A stretch of DNA of 55,882 nucleotides from a virus (taxonomy: Duplodnaviria; Caudoviricetes): the IMG/VR virus record IMGVR_UViG_3300007363_000002, positions 1 to 55,882 of that record. The stretch is one strand, 5' to 3'. Every line of letters starts with the position of its first letter. Positions within the stretch are counted from its first letter, which is position 1. The position numbers and the translations under genes were made by a program. The notes under the pieces are model-generated. The model ran no database searches, was not told the DNA's origin, and worked only from the letters and a program-made list of their open reading frames with translations. Below are positions 33,390 to 43,870 of the stretch, piece after piece.

Positions 33390-35473
33390 ACTACATCCCC
33401 GGCTTCAGTAACTACTTGGAGGCTTCCGTGCCTGAGTACGGGCCTGCGCCAATCGTGGACGCGGAGCCTGTCACGCCACAGCGGGCGATGGTTGAGCCGA
33501 TGACGCAGGAGGCTGTTGCCCCTTACGACCTGAGCGGCTTAGGCCTGTCTGAAGCAGATTTGGCGAAGTTGTACGCTCTGTCGGCAAACAACGCTGGCGG
33601 CTCATCGGGCGGTATGGCGGGGCTGCCATCTATGGGCGGTCTGGGCGCAAACTATGTAGATATGTCTGGCGCGCAGCTTATCACTGCGCCTACCTCAAAC
33701 AAGGGCAACCCAACTGCGTATGGCGCGGACAATCAGTTCTACGTTCAGCCAAACGAATTGGTGCGCGTTGTTGATCGCAGCACCAACAGCGTTATTTTTG
33801 AAGGCGTTGGTCCGGACGCCGCCCGTGAGGCGGTTAAGATAGGTCAGAACATGACCGACACGATGGGTCGCAAAGCTGACTATCAAATTCAGGCGGGCCT
33901 CACCCCAGATAATTACCAACCTGTCACGAACGAAAAGTACAATAAAAGCACGGCGGGCAAGATTGCGGGTGCCGTCGGCACCGCACTGCCTCTGGCAATG
34001 GCGTTTGTGCCGGGTCTTAATCTTGGCGTTCTCGGCTCTATCGGAGCTGGGGCAGGCGTTGGCGGTGCGAGTGCCGCGCTTAAGGGTGACAACATTCTAA
34101 AAGGCGCGGCGATGGGCGGCCTATCTGCCGCTGGCGGACAGCTTCTCGGACCTGTTATCGGCGACGCCGCTAACGTAGGTCTCAGGGCTGGAACGGCAAT
34201 CGGTACGGGCATTGGCTCTACCGCAGGCGGCGTGCTTACCGGCCAGAGCCTTAAAAACGCTTTGCTCGGCGGTGTTGTATCCGGCGGCCTTAGCTACCTC
34301 GCGCCTGACGTAACTAAAGGTTTAGGAATTGGTGGAGGCTCAAGTGTCAACGCCAGCACCGGCGGCGATGGTTTTACCGGCATAAATGTCGTAGGATCTG
34401 CTCCCGCCAGCATAAGCACCTCTCTCGGTGGCTCGCAGAATAAAATCCAACAAGCGTTGAAACCAAAAACCGAAGCCCCGTACGACGGCCTCACCGTCAC
34501 CGGCGGCAAGTTCGGTAGTGTTGGTTTTGGCGGCGACCAGTTCGGCACGCCCGGACAAGACACGTCCGCGTTTGAGAAGATGTACTCTGAGCCTTACGAC
34601 CCGAACGAAATCCTCGTTAAAGCAAGTCCGCTTGAACAGGCCGCGCCAGTTTCCGTCCCAATCACGGGCGCTCTCGATACCGACATTGTCGTTAATGCAC
34701 TTGGCAAAGAAAAAGGTTTGCCTGAAGGTTCCGTCCTCGCGGATCTCGGCATACCGCAAGTGCCAGCACCAGATCCGGCGCTGACGAAAAAACCCCTCGG
34801 CATTGAGGACTACCTGTCTATCGCTGGTAAGATCGTACCCCTACTCGGTGCCGGTGGCGGCAAAGATGGGTCGGACCAAACCGGCACCTACGGCGGCGCG
34901 GGCAACGGCCGCTTGAACCCAATCTTCTCGGCCAAACTGCCAGCCGCAGGTGGCCTCGGCGCTGTCGGCGTAAACCGCACCTTGCGCCCTGTGGGCGAGC
35001 AAGACTGGCTGACGTACGGCGAGCGGCCTGAGCTTAACTTCTACGACTACGTGGCGCGTCCCAACCCCGCGCCTGTCGCGCAGCCAGCCATCTCCGCGCC
35101 AGTCACAACACCGGTACTCGGCAACCCTGCTGGTCCGGCGATGTACGCCCCCGACACTGACAACATGCGTTTCGCCGAAGGTGGCGCGATGCCAGCGAAG
35201 CACGGCGGCCGGTCGCAACGCACTGAATTTGCGGTCAACGGCCCCGGCACTGGCCGCAGCGACGACATCCCTGCGGTGCTGTCCGACGGCGAATATGTCA
35301 TCGACGCCGAGACTGTCGCCCTACTCGGCGACGGATCGAGCAAGGCGGGCGCAAAGAAGTTAGACGACCTGCGGGTCAAAGTTCGTAAACATAAGGGTAA
35401 GAAGTTGGCAAAAGGCCGTTTTAGTGCTAATGCCAAGAAGCCCGAAGCGTATCTGTCCGGAGGACGTATTTAA
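33386..35473 (+). CDS. Internal virion/ejection protein
   Basis: Gly/Ala hydrophobic hairpins; FAEGG...GPGTGRSDDIPAVLSDGEYV motif. Confidence 0.65.
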   Translation: MNYIPGFSNYLEASVPEYGPAPIVDAEPVTPQRAMVEPMTQEAVAPYDLSGLGLSEADLAKLYALSANNAGGSSGGMAGLPSMGGLGANYVDMSGAQLITAPTSNKGNPTAYGADNQFYVQPNELVRVVDRSTNSVIFEGVGPDAAREAVKIGQNMTDTMGRKADYQIQAGLTPDNYQPVTNEKYNKSTAGKIAGAVGTALPLAMAFVPGLNLGVLGSIGAGAGVGGASAALKGDNILKGAAMGGLSAAGGQLLGPVIGDAANVGLRAGTAIGTGIGSTAGGVLTGQSLKNALLGGVVSGGLSYLAPDVTKGLGIGGGSSVNASTGGDGFTGINVVGSAPASISTSLGGSQNKIQQALKPKTEAPYDGLTVTGGKFGSVGFGGDQFGTPGQDTSAFEKMYSEPYDPNEILVKASPLEQAAPVSVPITGALDTDIVVNALGKEKGLPEGSVLADLGIPQVPAPDPALTKKPLGIEDYLSIAGKIVPLLGAGGGKDGSDQTGTYGGAGNGRLNPIFSAKLPAAGGLGAVGVNRTLRPVGEQDWLTYGERPELNFYDYVARPNPAPVAQPAISAPVTTPVLGNPAGPAMYAPDTDNMRFAEGGAMPAKHGGRSQRTEFAVNGPGTGRSDDIPAVLSDGEYVIDAETVALLGDGSSKAGAKKLDDLRVKVRKHKGKKLAKGRFSANAKKPEAYLSGGRI

Positions 35474-36540
35474 TGGCTAACCCTAATCTCAGCTCATTCA
35501 TGGCCGAAGGGGCTGCAATCCCACAAGGTTCCGCCCTGACGGACATGACCAAACAGACGGTGATGCCTGATTGGTACACCAACTACGCGATGGACATCCT
35601 GTCGGGTCAGAGCGCCATCGCCAACCGTCCGTACGAAACCGCGCCAATGCCGCGCGTCGCTGGCTTCACGCCAGCGCAGCGGCGGGCATTCGACATGACT
35701 GGCACGGCCGCCACGGCATACCAGCCGATGCTCGATCAAGCCACGCAAGCCGCGCAGGCAGCCGCGAACGCGCCGGGCGCGCTTAACGTCGCGCAGCCTT
35801 ACTTAACGCAGGCGGGTCAGACATCCGTGTCGAACATCGGCTCGTACATGAACCCGTTCAACGATGCTGTCACCAATCGCATCGCCGAGCTGGGCACACG
35901 CAACCTCACCGAAAACATCTTGCCTGAAGTTGAGGGTCGCTACATCAAGGCGGGTCAGCTCGGCTTCGGCGGACGCGGTGGCTTAGGCGGCACGCCGTCG
36001 GGTATGATGACCGACACTTCACGCGCCGTCCGTGACGTCAGCGCCGACATCCTCGCGCAGCAGGCGAAGGCTCTCCAGTCCGGCTACTCTGAGGCCGCCG
36101 GGCTTGCGGGCACCGACCTTACCCGCTTTGGCAACTTGGCCGCAACGGCGGGCAATCTGGCGCAGACGCAACAGGAACAGCAGCTCGCCGCATCCGGTGC
36201 CTTGTCGGCCCTCGGTTCGAAGGCGCAGGAACTCGGCCTCACTGGCGCGGGTGCCGTCGGCAGCGTCGGCGCACTGGAACAGCAGCAGGGCCAGAAGAAC
36301 CTCGACGTGGCGTACGGCGACTTCCTGCGTCAGCAGGGCTACCCGCAGGAGCAGATTAACAACATGGTGAACGCGCTCAAGGGCGTCGCCACTGGTGTTC
36401 CGAGCGCGACGCAAGAGTACGGCATATCGCCCTCGGGCGTCAAACAGGAATACCCTGCGAGCACGGCTTCGCAGATTGGTGGTGCCTTAACTGGCGCGGC
36501 GGGCATAATTGCCGACCTTAAAAAAGCAGGGATCTTTTAA
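35473..36540 (+). CDS. Internal virion/ejection protein
   Basis: Q/A/G-rich; YMNPF and YGDFLRQQGYP motifs; hydrophobic C-terminus. Confidence 0.65.
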   Translation: MANPNLSSFMAEGAAIPQGSALTDMTKQTVMPDWYTNYAMDILSGQSAIANRPYETAPMPRVAGFTPAQRRAFDMTGTAATAYQPMLDQATQAAQAAANAPGALNVAQPYLTQAGQTSVSNIGSYMNPFNDAVTNRIAELGTRNLTENILPEVEGRYIKAGQLGFGGRGGLGGTPSGMMTDTSRAVRDVSADILAQQAKALQSGYSEAAGLAGTDLTRFGNLAATAGNLAQTQQEQQLAASGALSALGSKAQELGLTGAGAVGSVGALEQQQGQKNLDVAYGDFLRQQGYPQEQINNMVNALKGVATGVPSATQEYGISPSGVKQEYPASTASQIGGALTGAAGIIADLKKAGIF

Positions 36541-37187
36541 TGGCTGGGCTAGATACCTTAAACGAGGTCGAGAACGAGATTGACGGCGAAGACACCGCAG
36601 ACGCTGGCGGCCTGTCAGTATACAACGACCCCAATGTTCAGGCGGCAGTCGCCGAGCGCAACAAGCTCAACAACGACTACAAGAAGTACTACGACGACCT
36701 GACCGCGAAGATAACGGCCCAGCGCACCGGCCCGTCGTTCAGCGAGCGTATGTATCAACTGTCTTCCGCGCTCTTTGCGCCGACAAGCACGCGGGGCCTC
36801 AGCGGTGTCATGGGTAATGTCATGCCTGTCTTGCAGCAGCAGCAGCAAGCCCAGCGCGAAGGTGAAGTCAAGCGTAAGGACGCCCTCAGCGCGCTGCAAG
36901 CCGCCCAGCTCACACAGCGGGCTGGCCTCGCCAATCAGGACGTATCAACGGCGGTTGCTATGGCGAAGTTGGCGAAGCAAGGCACCGGTCCCGGTCAATG
37001 GTCGGAAAGGTTTGGACGGTTTATCCCGAAGGATCGCCCTGTTCCTGTAAAGTCCGGCGTTTTAGGTGGACGGCGTATCGTCACTTTATCTGACGGTATG
37101 AGTAAGTTATACGGCTTTGGCGGCAACCCCAAGGCGTATGAAATCCTCGATGCGGCTGGCAATGTCATCGGTCAGGAGACGGAATAA
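36540..37187 (+). CDS. Internal virion/ejection protein
   Basis: TAATG coupling; helical, Q/A-rich. Confidence 0.6.
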   Translation: MAGLDTLNEVENEIDGEDTADAGGLSVYNDPNVQAAVAERNKLNNDYKKYYDDLTAKITAQRTGPSFSERMYQLSSALFAPTSTRGLSGVMGNVMPVLQQQQQAQREGEVKRKDALSALQAAQLTQRAGLANQDVSTAVAMAKLAKQGTGPGQWSERFGRFIPKDRPVPVKSGVLGGRRIVTLSDGMSKLYGFGGNPKAYEILDAAGNVIGQETE

Positions 37188-40123
37188 TGGTACAGAGCTA
37201 TAATCTCGACGACGTCAAATGGTCAGGCCCAGCGGCGACTGAGCAGTCAGCGGCCCGCGCCGACGTTAGGCAAAGCGGGGCATCCGCTGCGTCGTCAGAG
37301 GCCACGGCAGCGCGCACAACTGCGCTCACGCCGCTTGAAGTGGATAAGTTGCAGCAAGACGTTATTAAACTGCAACTCGAAAATGATCGTGCAGCGCGAG
37401 AGGCGAAAGAAGGCCCGCAAAAGAACGTAGAGCAACAGACGACGGAGACGCGCGTCCTCGGCGACCTGAACACCGCCGTGGATGCCATCAACCTGTTGAC
37501 CAAACAGTTCAACAAAAACTTAGCAGGGCAGGGCCTCATCAAATCCACGCTGGAGTACTTCCCGACGCAAGAGAAGGGCGCGATAAACTCAACCGCTGCG
37601 GGCCTTGCGGACGTTGGTTTATCTCTCTTCAAAATACCGGGCATGGGTTCACAGTCGGACGCCGATGCCGCGCGTTTCGTGCAGGCCAACCAGCCGTCAA
37701 CGTCAGATTTCGATCTTACCTTTCTCGGTAAGGTGTACAACCTACGCCGCCGCATCGACGCCAAAGCGCGGTCGATGGGCCTAGCGCCCATCAAGTGGGC
37801 CGAGCCTGTAGAAATCGCGGCGCAGCAGTATCTCGCCCTCCCAGAGAGCGAGCGCAGCAAGCTGGGCGTCCGTGAAGTAGGCACGTTCAAGGACATACCG
37901 CCTGAATTGGACAGCCTTCAGACGGCGGCCCCAGCGCAGGCGGACGCATCCACCGCGCTTCCTGACAACGCCGCGTTTGCCCAACCAATTGAGATGTCGG
38001 CGGCCGCGTCCGACGCCGAGAAGAAGAGCATGCCCATCCCGCCAGAGATGCAGGCGGAGATGAACGCTTGGCTTGCGGAACACCCTCGCGGATCTGTGGG
38101 CCTGAAGGAATACGCCAACGTCCGCCGCGCTCTTGACGCAAAGTACGGCTTCCGCCCAGACTTGCCTTATGAAGACGATCCTCGCACCGTCGAGTATCTG
38201 AAGCAGTACAACGACCCTAAACAGCCCGTGAACGTCACGATACCTCCAGTGACCGTCGATGACACGCGCAACATGTTAGAGCGGGCGGCGGGCACGGCCG
38301 TGATGTCCCCAGTCGGCACCGCCGCTGCGACGGGCATCTCGGGCTTAGGTTTGAATGCTGCGGACGCGTTGCTGCCCCAAATGGCGGCACTTCGCGAACT
38401 TAACCCTAACGCCGCCATGGCAGGCGACATCCTCGGCTCTATCGGCGGTAGCTCGGCTCTTGCGAAGCTCGGCGGCGCAAGCGCGTCCAAACTGTTAGCC
38501 CAAGCACCCGAACTGCAAAAGTACATCACGTCCGGCGGCAAGGGCGCGACCTTCTTGCGCAACCTACTCAGCGACGCCACGCAAGGCGCGGCCTACGGTG
38601 CCGCCGTTGAGGGTGATGGCACCACTGGCGCTATATCAGGCGCTGGCGGTACTCTGCTCGGAAAGACCCTCGGCAACGCGGGCGACTTCATCCTGCGCGG
38701 CGCGGATCGCGCGCCCACAGTCCAGAAACTGATCGACCGCTACGGTGTGGAAAATCTCACCATTGGCCAGCAACTGGGCGGCGCGCCGAAGTCAATCGAG
38801 GACGCGGCCACTTCTATTCCTATCGTGGGTGACGTAATCAACGCACGACGTGGTGAAAGCATCGCCGACCTAAACAAAGCGGCATTCCGTGAAGTTGGCG
38901 GCCAGCCTATGGGCTACGGCGACGAGGGTATGGCTGCGCTGAAAGCGGCGCGGGCGAAGGCGTACGACGACGCCGTTGCGGGCAAGCAATTCGACCTGAA
39001 TGACCCACTGTTCACGCAGGACATGGTTGACGCCCTCGCCACACGCAGCAGGCTGACGGGTGAGTTCGCGGACAAATTCGATCTGGCGGTCAAGAACAGC
39101 ATCATAAATACACCAATCGGTCGTAGCGGCACCATGTCCGGCTCTGATTACCAGCAGGCGCAGCGCAGCCTTAGCGGGTACAAGGGCGAGACCACGAAGC
39201 CCGGTTTCGAGAAAGACTACAGGGACGCCCTTGGCGGCGTCGGCAACGTCTTGCGCGAGACGGTAGAGCGGCAAGATCCCACCCTTGTGCCTCTGCTCCG
39301 CGAAGCCGACACGATGTATCGCGGCGAGAAGATACTGGCCGACGCCATAGAGCGCGCGAAGATGGATCCAACGGGCCTCGGTGCCGACGTGTTCACGCCG
39401 GGCAACCTCACGCAAGCCGTGTCTGCTAGTGGGCGTAAATACCCCGGCACACCCCCACTGAAGGAGCTTTCGCGGTTGGCGCAGAACGTCATCCCGTCGA
39501 AAATGCCAGACAGCGGCACAGCCCGTCGTGCGGCGTTGACCGGATTGGGTCTTGCTGGCGCTGGTGGCGTTGCTGGCGGCGGCCTCGGTTACAACCAAGA
39601 AACTGGTCTTTCCGGTGAGGACGCGCTCTACGGCGCGGCCACAACGCTGACCCCACTCGCCCTTCTCAGCCTGTTAGGTTCTCGCGGCGGGCAGCGTGGC
39701 TTGTCGAAGTTCATGTTTGATCGCCCCGCTGTCGGCGGCAATATCGCAGACCTCGTCGAGAAGTACACGCCTGATCGGGTGTTGGCTCCGGGCCTTATCC
39801 CAACTCTGGTGCCCGAAGCGCGGGAAGAGCCGGTACTTGCGTCACCGACTGAAGTTGCACCCGTCGTTGAAACAGCGGTCGCGAAGGCAGCGCCCATCCC
39901 CGAGGAAGGGGCGGTAATGTTCGGGGACAAGGCTATTGAATACGACCCTGAGACGGACACGTTCGTCGAACTGGCTACAGGCCGCCGTGTCAAAGAACTC
40001 GCGGACCTCGCAAAGCCCGTAAAAGGTAAGTATCGTGGTGGCCGCGTTCAGCCGTTCAAAAAGGGCGGCAAGGCAACCATCTCCGACATGGCGCGCCACT
40101 ATGGCGCTAAAGGGAAGAAATAA
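37187..40123 (+). CDS. Large internal virion/ejection protein
   Basis: 978 aa; Ala/Gly-rich; PDSGTARR followed by hydrophobic segments. Confidence 0.65.
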   Translation: MVQSYNLDDVKWSGPAATEQSAARADVRQSGASAASSEATAARTTALTPLEVDKLQQDVIKLQLENDRAAREAKEGPQKNVEQQTTETRVLGDLNTAVDAINLLTKQFNKNLAGQGLIKSTLEYFPTQEKGAINSTAAGLADVGLSLFKIPGMGSQSDADAARFVQANQPSTSDFDLTFLGKVYNLRRRIDAKARSMGLAPIKWAEPVEIAAQQYLALPESERSKLGVREVGTFKDIPPELDSLQTAAPAQADASTALPDNAAFAQPIEMSAAASDAEKKSMPIPPEMQAEMNAWLAEHPRGSVGLKEYANVRRALDAKYGFRPDLPYEDDPRTVEYLKQYNDPKQPVNVTIPPVTVDDTRNMLERAAGTAVMSPVGTAAATGISGLGLNAADALLPQMAALRELNPNAAMAGDILGSIGGSSALAKLGGASASKLLAQAPELQKYITSGGKGATFLRNLLSDATQGAAYGAAVEGDGTTGAISGAGGTLLGKTLGNAGDFILRGADRAPTVQKLIDRYGVENLTIGQQLGGAPKSIEDAATSIPIVGDVINARRGESIADLNKAAFREVGGQPMGYGDEGMAALKAARAKAYDDAVAGKQFDLNDPLFTQDMVDALATRSRLTGEFADKFDLAVKNSIINTPIGRSGTMSGSDYQQAQRSLSGYKGETTKPGFEKDYRDALGGVGNVLRETVERQDPTLVPLLREADTMYRGEKILADAIERAKMDPTGLGADVFTPGNLTQAVSASGRKYPGTPPLKELSRLAQNVIPSKMPDSGTARRAALTGLGLAGAGGVAGGGLGYNQETGLSGEDALYGAATTLTPLALLSLLGSRGGQRGLSKFMFDRPAVGGNIADLVEKYTPDRVLAPGLIPTLVPEAREEPVLASPTEVAPVVETAVAKAAPIPEEGAVMFGDKAIEYDPETDTFVELATGRRVKELADLAKPVKGKYRGGRVQPFKKGGKATISDMARHYGAKGKK

Positions 40124-41925
40124 TGGCTGGTAGCGACGGGTTTGGGCTTGAGGTTTATGACGACGCGACGGGTCGGTACGTGCGCGTACCAGATCCTTCG
40201 GCAAAGCCTCTTGCGGTGCGCAAGAAAAAGGCCGCTCAGGCAAAGGAGCCTTCCGCTGGCGATTATCTGAATACGCTCGGTGACATGCTTGTCGTAAATC
40301 CGCGCAACTCGGCAGCGGCCACGCTTGGCGGTGCCGCGTACGATTATGCAGTAAAGTCCACGCCGCAGAGCGTCAGGAACGACATCGTCAGGGCGGGGCA
40401 AGATGCGTATTCATGGCTGCGCAAAGAGAACAAACCTCTCCGCGAGACGCCGATTAAGGAAAGTCTGCGGCTGCTCAAGGCTGGGTTCATCGACCCGCTG
40501 GCCGATCCGTACCGCGTTTTTAAGCAGGCGGCGACTGAACGGGCGCGCGGCAATGAAGTTGGCGGCAAGAAACTCGCCGCTATGGTTCCTCTCGCCGTGG
40601 CGGGTGTGCTCCCCCAAGGTCGTGGCGCAGGTAAACTCGCCACGAAGGCGGGCGTAGAGGCCGCTGAAACGGCGGCTACTAAAGCGGCCACGAAGGCCGT
40701 GACAAAGACCGCAGAGAAAAAGATCGTAAAGAAGGCGGCCACGAAAACCGCGACGAAGGGTGTCGAGAAGACGGCTGTTAAAAGCGCGGTGCGTGGGGCC
40801 GAAGAAGCGGGCATCCGCGACCTATCCAAGGCGGTATTTGACCCAAGCATCTACGGTTTACGTAAAAAGACCGAAGTGCCCGCATTAAAAGATTTTGTCG
40901 TTAAGACCGAACAGCGGCAACCCGCGCCAGATGGGCCTGTACTTGGCATAGACGACATTACAGGACGGCCAATTATGGTTGGTATGTCTGACCGTCTTGG
41001 GTCGGGCGAGACCATAACGCACGTCGGCAACAACGCATTAGATATTCCTGTTAACGAGTACGGGGGGCAGGATTTCGCATACCACAACCCTTACGCTTGG
41101 GCGGTATCAACACCGCAGACCGCTACCGCGATGATGAACACTGCGGCAGCCCTGAAAAAGAAGTATGGGGTCAATCCTCTTTGGGCACCATATCGCATGG
41201 GCGGAACCGGAACCGATTTCTCCAAGACTACCGGCGAACTGATGATGTCGCAAGCTAACTCGGCTCTTGGCGGCGGCGACCGTAAAAATGTCGATGCACT
41301 TATCCGCCAGTTCATTCCTGACTTTAAGGGAATTGACAATCCCGTAGGTTACGAACAGTTTGGGGCACTTGGGGGTGACGAGCGCAAAGCCTTACAAGCC
41401 GCGTTAGCCGACCGTTTTGCTGGTGAAGGTGGCCTTTCATTGCCGATCACGCGAGCGCTTATCGCGGCTCCTGACCAGCGCGCAAAGCCTAGTTTTTTCT
41501 TACAGAATGTTATGGAGATTGATCCAGACAAGGAAGTTGTGTTCGACCCCAGCGCTAACCCCACCTACGGCTATAACATACCCGGTAAAATCGTTGGCAC
41601 TCTTGGGCCTGACATTAACGCTGCCGAAGTGGTCGGTCCTATGTTGGGCAAAAAGTACGCAGACCTCGGAGACCTATCTGTGTTTCGCGGCCAGAACACT
41701 CCGCTTTCTGAAGGGGAGTGGCGCAGGCAGCAAAAAGAATACGCAGCCGAAAAAGCCGCCTACGACGCTAAAGTTGCAGCAGGTATGACACCTAAAAAGC
41801 CGCCGCGTGAGCCTGTCCGCATGGGCAACACATCCAAGTTTATGCAAGCAGGAACCTTTGGCTTTTTAAACGATGACGCCGCGCAAGCCATCGCGGACAG
41901 GCTCGCAAAGCTATCCGGCGAATAG
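40123..41925 (+). CDS. Internal virion protein with an uncharacterised C-terminal domain
   Basis: Last late gene; K/A/T linker followed by about 350 aa of globular-looking sequence. Confidence 0.6.
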   Translation: MAGSDGFGLEVYDDATGRYVRVPDPSAKPLAVRKKKAAQAKEPSAGDYLNTLGDMLVVNPRNSAAATLGGAAYDYAVKSTPQSVRNDIVRAGQDAYSWLRKENKPLRETPIKESLRLLKAGFIDPLADPYRVFKQAATERARGNEVGGKKLAAMVPLAVAGVLPQGRGAGKLATKAGVEAAETAATKAATKAVTKTAEKKIVKKAATKTATKGVEKTAVKSAVRGAEEAGIRDLSKAVFDPSIYGLRKKTEVPALKDFVVKTEQRQPAPDGPVLGIDDITGRPIMVGMSDRLGSGETITHVGNNALDIPVNEYGGQDFAYHNPYAWAVSTPQTATAMMNTAAALKKKYGVNPLWAPYRMGGTGTDFSKTTGELMMSQANSALGGGDRKNVDALIRQFIPDFKGIDNPVGYEQFGALGGDERKALQAALADRFAGEGGLSLPITRALIAAPDQRAKPSFFLQNVMEIDPDKEVVFDPSANPTYGYNIPGKIVGTLGPDINAAEVVGPMLGKKYADLGDLSVFRGQNTPLSEGEWRRQQKEYAAEKAAYDAKVAAGMTPKKPPREPVRMGNTSKFMQAGTFGFLNDDAAQAIADRLAKLSGE

Positions 41926-42129
41926 TAAGTAATAGTCCCTGAAATCATCCGCTACGTGGCTGAACGGGGTCGTTCGGATAAAGACGCGCACCTGTTCCGC
42001 AGTCATTGTGGCTTCCGGTTTATCGCTGTACTCAACCATAAGAAGCATAAGAGCTTCGGCCATGTCATCCGGCATATTTGCCCCTGCGAGGATCGGATAC
42101 AGAAGTTCTGTCGTCTCTCCCGCGCTCAA
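41911..42129 (-). CDS. Small acidic hypothetical protein
   Basis: Last gene of the leftward operon; TTG start after GGAG; converges on the last late gene. Confidence 0.5.
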   Translation of the reverse strand: MSAGETTELLYPILAGANMPDDMAEALMLLMVEYSDKPEATMTAEQVRVFIRTTPFSHVADDFRDYYLLFAG

Positions 42130-42506
42130 CGTCCGTCTCCCTTGGCTTCGGCCAGCAACGCGGCGTAGGCGATGTTATCCTCGGCGCTGTCGGCGTGGTA
42201 GTCGCTGCGCGTAAACAGGCGCACCAGCTTGACTTGCTGCATAAACATCCAGCCCTCGCTCTCGGACAGGTCGCGGCCTGTGATGGCGTTGAATGCCGTC
42301 ACGATCTTGCCCATCGACCGCTCGCCCTCTGGCTCGTCGTACGTCTGCCCGCGTTCGTGCATCAGGGCTGCGGCCCGACCAAGCAGCTCGGAGGCCTTTG
42401 GTTCAGGCATCTTGGCTTGTTCATGTGAATTGAAACACTCCAGCGCCCTCGACAGTGTGTCGTGCTCGACACAGCATGTGCTGCATATAAAGCTCTTGTC
42501 GCTCAT
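42126..42506 (-). CDS. DUF6378-like protein with an N-terminal C2H2-like motif
   Basis: ERGQTYD..ERSM..AFNAITG..GWMFM..KLVR..HADSAEDNIAYAAL. Confidence 0.7.
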   Translation of the reverse strand: MSDKSFICSTCCVEHDTLSRALECFNSHEQAKMPEPKASELLGRAAALMHERGQTYDEPEGERSMGKIVTAFNAITGRDLSESEGWMFMQQVKLVRLFTRSDYHADSAEDNIAYAALLAEAKGDGR

Positions 42507-43870
42507 TTTCTTTTCCTTCGTTTCATTGCTTCTATTAAAACCTCTTGGACGCTGCGCTTGCTTGACAGGCGCTCCATGACGACATCGTCCACGGTGTCGC
42601 GCGCCAGTATCGGGTACACCAGCACAGGGCGGTCATGCCCCGCCTGCTTCTGCCTCATGGGGCCGATGCGTTCGATGATCTGCATGTGCTCTTCTAAGTT
42701 CCAGTTGACGCCGAAGAACGCGAGGATGTTGCCCCCGTCCGCGAGGTTGAGGCCGTGCCCCGCCGACGCAGGGTGAGCGAATAGTATCGGCACCCGTCCG
42801 GCGTTCCAGTCCCTGATCGTATCAGGGTTAGCGTCCAGCACCCGACCGTGCTTGAAACGCGCCTGTAGACGCTGAAGGTCGTGCTTGAAATTGTAGGCCA
42901 CCAGCACGGGCGCGCCGTTAGCCTCCTCAATAATGCTTTCCAGCGCATCCAGCTTGGCATTATGAATAGTCTCCCACTTACCCTCGTCGTCCACGTACAT
43001 CGCGCCGTTGGCGATCTGCAACAGCTTCTGCGTCCGCACGGCCGCGTTGGCCGCCTCGACCTCGTTCTCCGCGAGCTGCGCGAACAGGCTGTCCTCCATC
43101 GACTTGTACAGTTGGCGCACGGACGGGATGAAGTCGACGTACACCGGAACCACGTTCGGCTCCTCAACCGACAGCGCGCGCACGGTCAGGCAGACGTCGC
43201 GCAGCTTCTCCTCGATCTCGTGCTGCGTGTGCTCGTACGGCACGAGGCTGTAGCCGTCGTACCCCTTGCGGAACCAGCGCTGCTCGAAGGCGCTGAACGT
43301 GCGGCCCAGCCGCTCGCCCTTGTCGATGAACCATATCTGCCCCCACAGATCCTTGACGCCGTTTGGCGCAGGCGTCCCTGTGAGGCCGATGAAGCGGCTT
43401 CCCTCACCGTGGGCCACCTGACCCAGCAATCGTGCCCTAGAGCCGCCCTGACGCAGCCTGTAGGACTTTAGGCGCGTGAACTCGTCGGACACGATTGTTT
43501 TGAACGGCCACGCGCCGCCCAACTGGTCGCGCAGCCATTTAATGTTGTCGTAGTTCATGGTGTAGATGTCGGCATCGGCAGCCAGCGCACGCTCGCGCTG
43601 CTTCGGCGTGCCGGTGATGACACTGACGCGCAGGTGCGACAGGTGGCCCCACTTGCCGACCTCCTCGGGCCACGTCGACTTCGCGACGCGCAGCGGGGCC
43701 AGCACAAGCACGGGATAGATGTCATCCACGACGGACATGTTGTCCAGCGCCGTCAGCGTCGTGACGGTCTTCCCGCCGCCCATGGGCATCCACAGGGCGC
43801 AGCGCGGCACGTCATAGAGGAAGCGCATGGCGTCCACCTGATAGTCGTGCGGCTTAAATGTTCGTGTCAT
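42503..43870 (-). CDS. SNF2-like (SF2) helicase
   Basis: MGGGKT, DEFT, LTGTP, HPASAGHGLNL and QIIERIG motifs. Confidence 0.9.
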   Translation of the reverse strand: MTRTFKPHDYQVDAMRFLYDVPRCALWMPMGGGKTVTTLTALDNMSVVDDIYPVLVLAPLRVAKSTWPEEVGKWGHLSHLRVSVITGTPKQRERALAADADIYTMNYDNIKWLRDQLGGAWPFKTIVSDEFTRLKSYRLRQGGSRARLLGQVAHGEGSRFIGLTGTPAPNGVKDLWGQIWFIDKGERLGRTFSAFEQRWFRKGYDGYSLVPYEHTQHEIEEKLRDVCLTVRALSVEEPNVVPVYVDFIPSVRQLYKSMEDSLFAQLAENEVEAANAAVRTQKLLQIANGAMYVDDEGKWETIHNAKLDALESIIEEANGAPVLVAYNFKHDLQRLQARFKHGRVLDANPDTIRDWNAGRVPILFAHPASAGHGLNLADGGNILAFFGVNWNLEEHMQIIERIGPMRQKQAGHDRPVLVYPILARDTVDDVVMERLSSKRSVQEVLIEAMKRRKRK

